The notes beneath the pieces are model-generated. The model had not been told where the DNA came from. It was given only the letters and a program-made list of their open reading frames with translations, and did not search any database. A stretch of DNA of 64,000 nucleotides from Candidatus Yanofskybacteria bacterium (GTDB lineage Bacteria; Patescibacteriota; Minisyncoccia; 2-02-FULL-40-12; GWA2-44-9). Below, piece by piece: positions 63,367 through 64,000 of this stretch. The translations under genes and the position numbers were made by a program. The stretch lies in the NCBI GenBank assembly GCA_016185505.1, contig JACPNL010000019.1, positions 2,885 to 66,884 of the forward strand, read 5' to 3'. How positions within the stretch are numbered: the stretch's first letter is position 1; each line of letters begins with the position of its first letter.

Positions 63367-64000
63367 GTGTATTACTCTCTGTGGAAACGGTATCTCTATG
63401 CCGTTTTTGTCGAAGGCGATTTTGAGGCGCTTTCGCAGTTCGCCGGTGACGTCCCACTGTTTGATGGGTTTGGTCTCGCCGAGTATCTTAATGATTATCG
63501 CCGAGTCGGCGAAGTCGTCTACGCGCAGGAATTGCGGGGGTTTGGTTATCATATCGCGCCATTCCGGGTCTTGAGCCAGTTCGTTGCCGACCTCGTTCAC
63601 GACTCTGATAACTTTTTCCAGATCGGAATCGTAGGCGACGCCGACGTTCAGATTCACTCTAGCTATATATTTGGACAGGTTGGAAACGCGGGTAATGGAG
63701 CCGTGGGGGACATGGTGAACCGTGCCGTCCAGGTCTCGCAAGGTGGTCATTCGAAGAGAGATATCTTCCACCAATCCGCAAGTGCCGTCAAAGCATGCCA
63801 CATCATTAACACGGTACTGATTCTCCATTATTATAAACAGTCCGGATATCAAGTCCTTTATCAAATACTGTCCGCCGAACCCGAAAGCTAGGCCGGCGAT
63901 GGCGGCGGCGGCGACCAGCGGGCCGGTGTCTATGCCTAGTTCGGATAGAACCATCATCAGGGTTACTATAATTATGACAACATGAATAAGCCGCCGGATG
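63358..64000 (-). CDS. mscS: Small-conductance mechanosensitive channel (5' end beyond the window)
   Basis: GLAFGFGGQYLIKDLISG, GLVEDISLRMT and GIEIPFPQ motifs. Confidence 0.92.
   Translation of the reverse strand, partial: IRRLIHVVIIIVTLMMVLSELGIDTGPLVAAAAIAGLAFGFGGQYLIKDLISGLFIIMENQYRVNDVACFDGTCGLVEDISLRMTTLRDLDGTVHHVPHGSITRVSNLSKYIARVNLNVGVAYDSDLEKVIRVVNEVGNELAQDPEWRDMITKPPQFLRVDDFADSAIIIKILGETKPIKQWDVTGELRKRLKIAFDKNGIEIPFPQRVIHQK

Overview
This 64-kb window appears to come from a Patescibacteria/CPR (Parcubacteria-like) bacterium. That is an inference from the intron-riddled rRNA, the reduced core gene set and the leaderless core genes. It opens with the 3' part of a 23S rRNA gene split by five group I introns (approximate E. 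coli positions 2262, 2511, 2546, 2593 and 2656, the last inside the sarcin-ricin loop). Four introns carry LAGLIDADG ORFs. The gene also has a 90-nt exon insertion and is followed by a 5S rRNA and a second, insertion-disrupted 5S copy. Core genes follow: rodA, rpoBC, ftsK, recA, rpsF-ssb-rpsR, ychF, a phosphomannomutase, trpS, rnj, PGI/PMI, an OppA-like protein, secG, uvrC, groESL, pyrG, lemA, htpX, dnaG, rpoD, mscS, tRNA-Leu and tRNA-Ser. Five patterns are not explained by these genes. (1) About 14 promoters carry a boxA-like 12-mer placed about 8 nt after the -10 box, mostly ahead of accessory genes, while many core genes look leaderless. (2) A set of diderm-type envelope genes: an mxaRSACKL/Bat-like MoxR-vWA cluster, a SpoIVB-like S55 peptidase, a gluzincin-PD40-Omp85-like protein and a GWxTD-like lipoprotein. 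(3) An ORF-less, promoter- and terminator-bounded transcript of about 780 nt containing tRNA-like domains that lack a normal anticodon arm. (4) Hairpins built from 7-11-nt periodic repeats fill many stop-to-start spacers in operons. (5) Short palindromic elements are inserted in frame in many essential genes and in the rRNAs. The lesions in recA, dnaG, a PaaX-like gene and htpX may be real or may be assembly artefacts. All calls were made by eye, without database searches.
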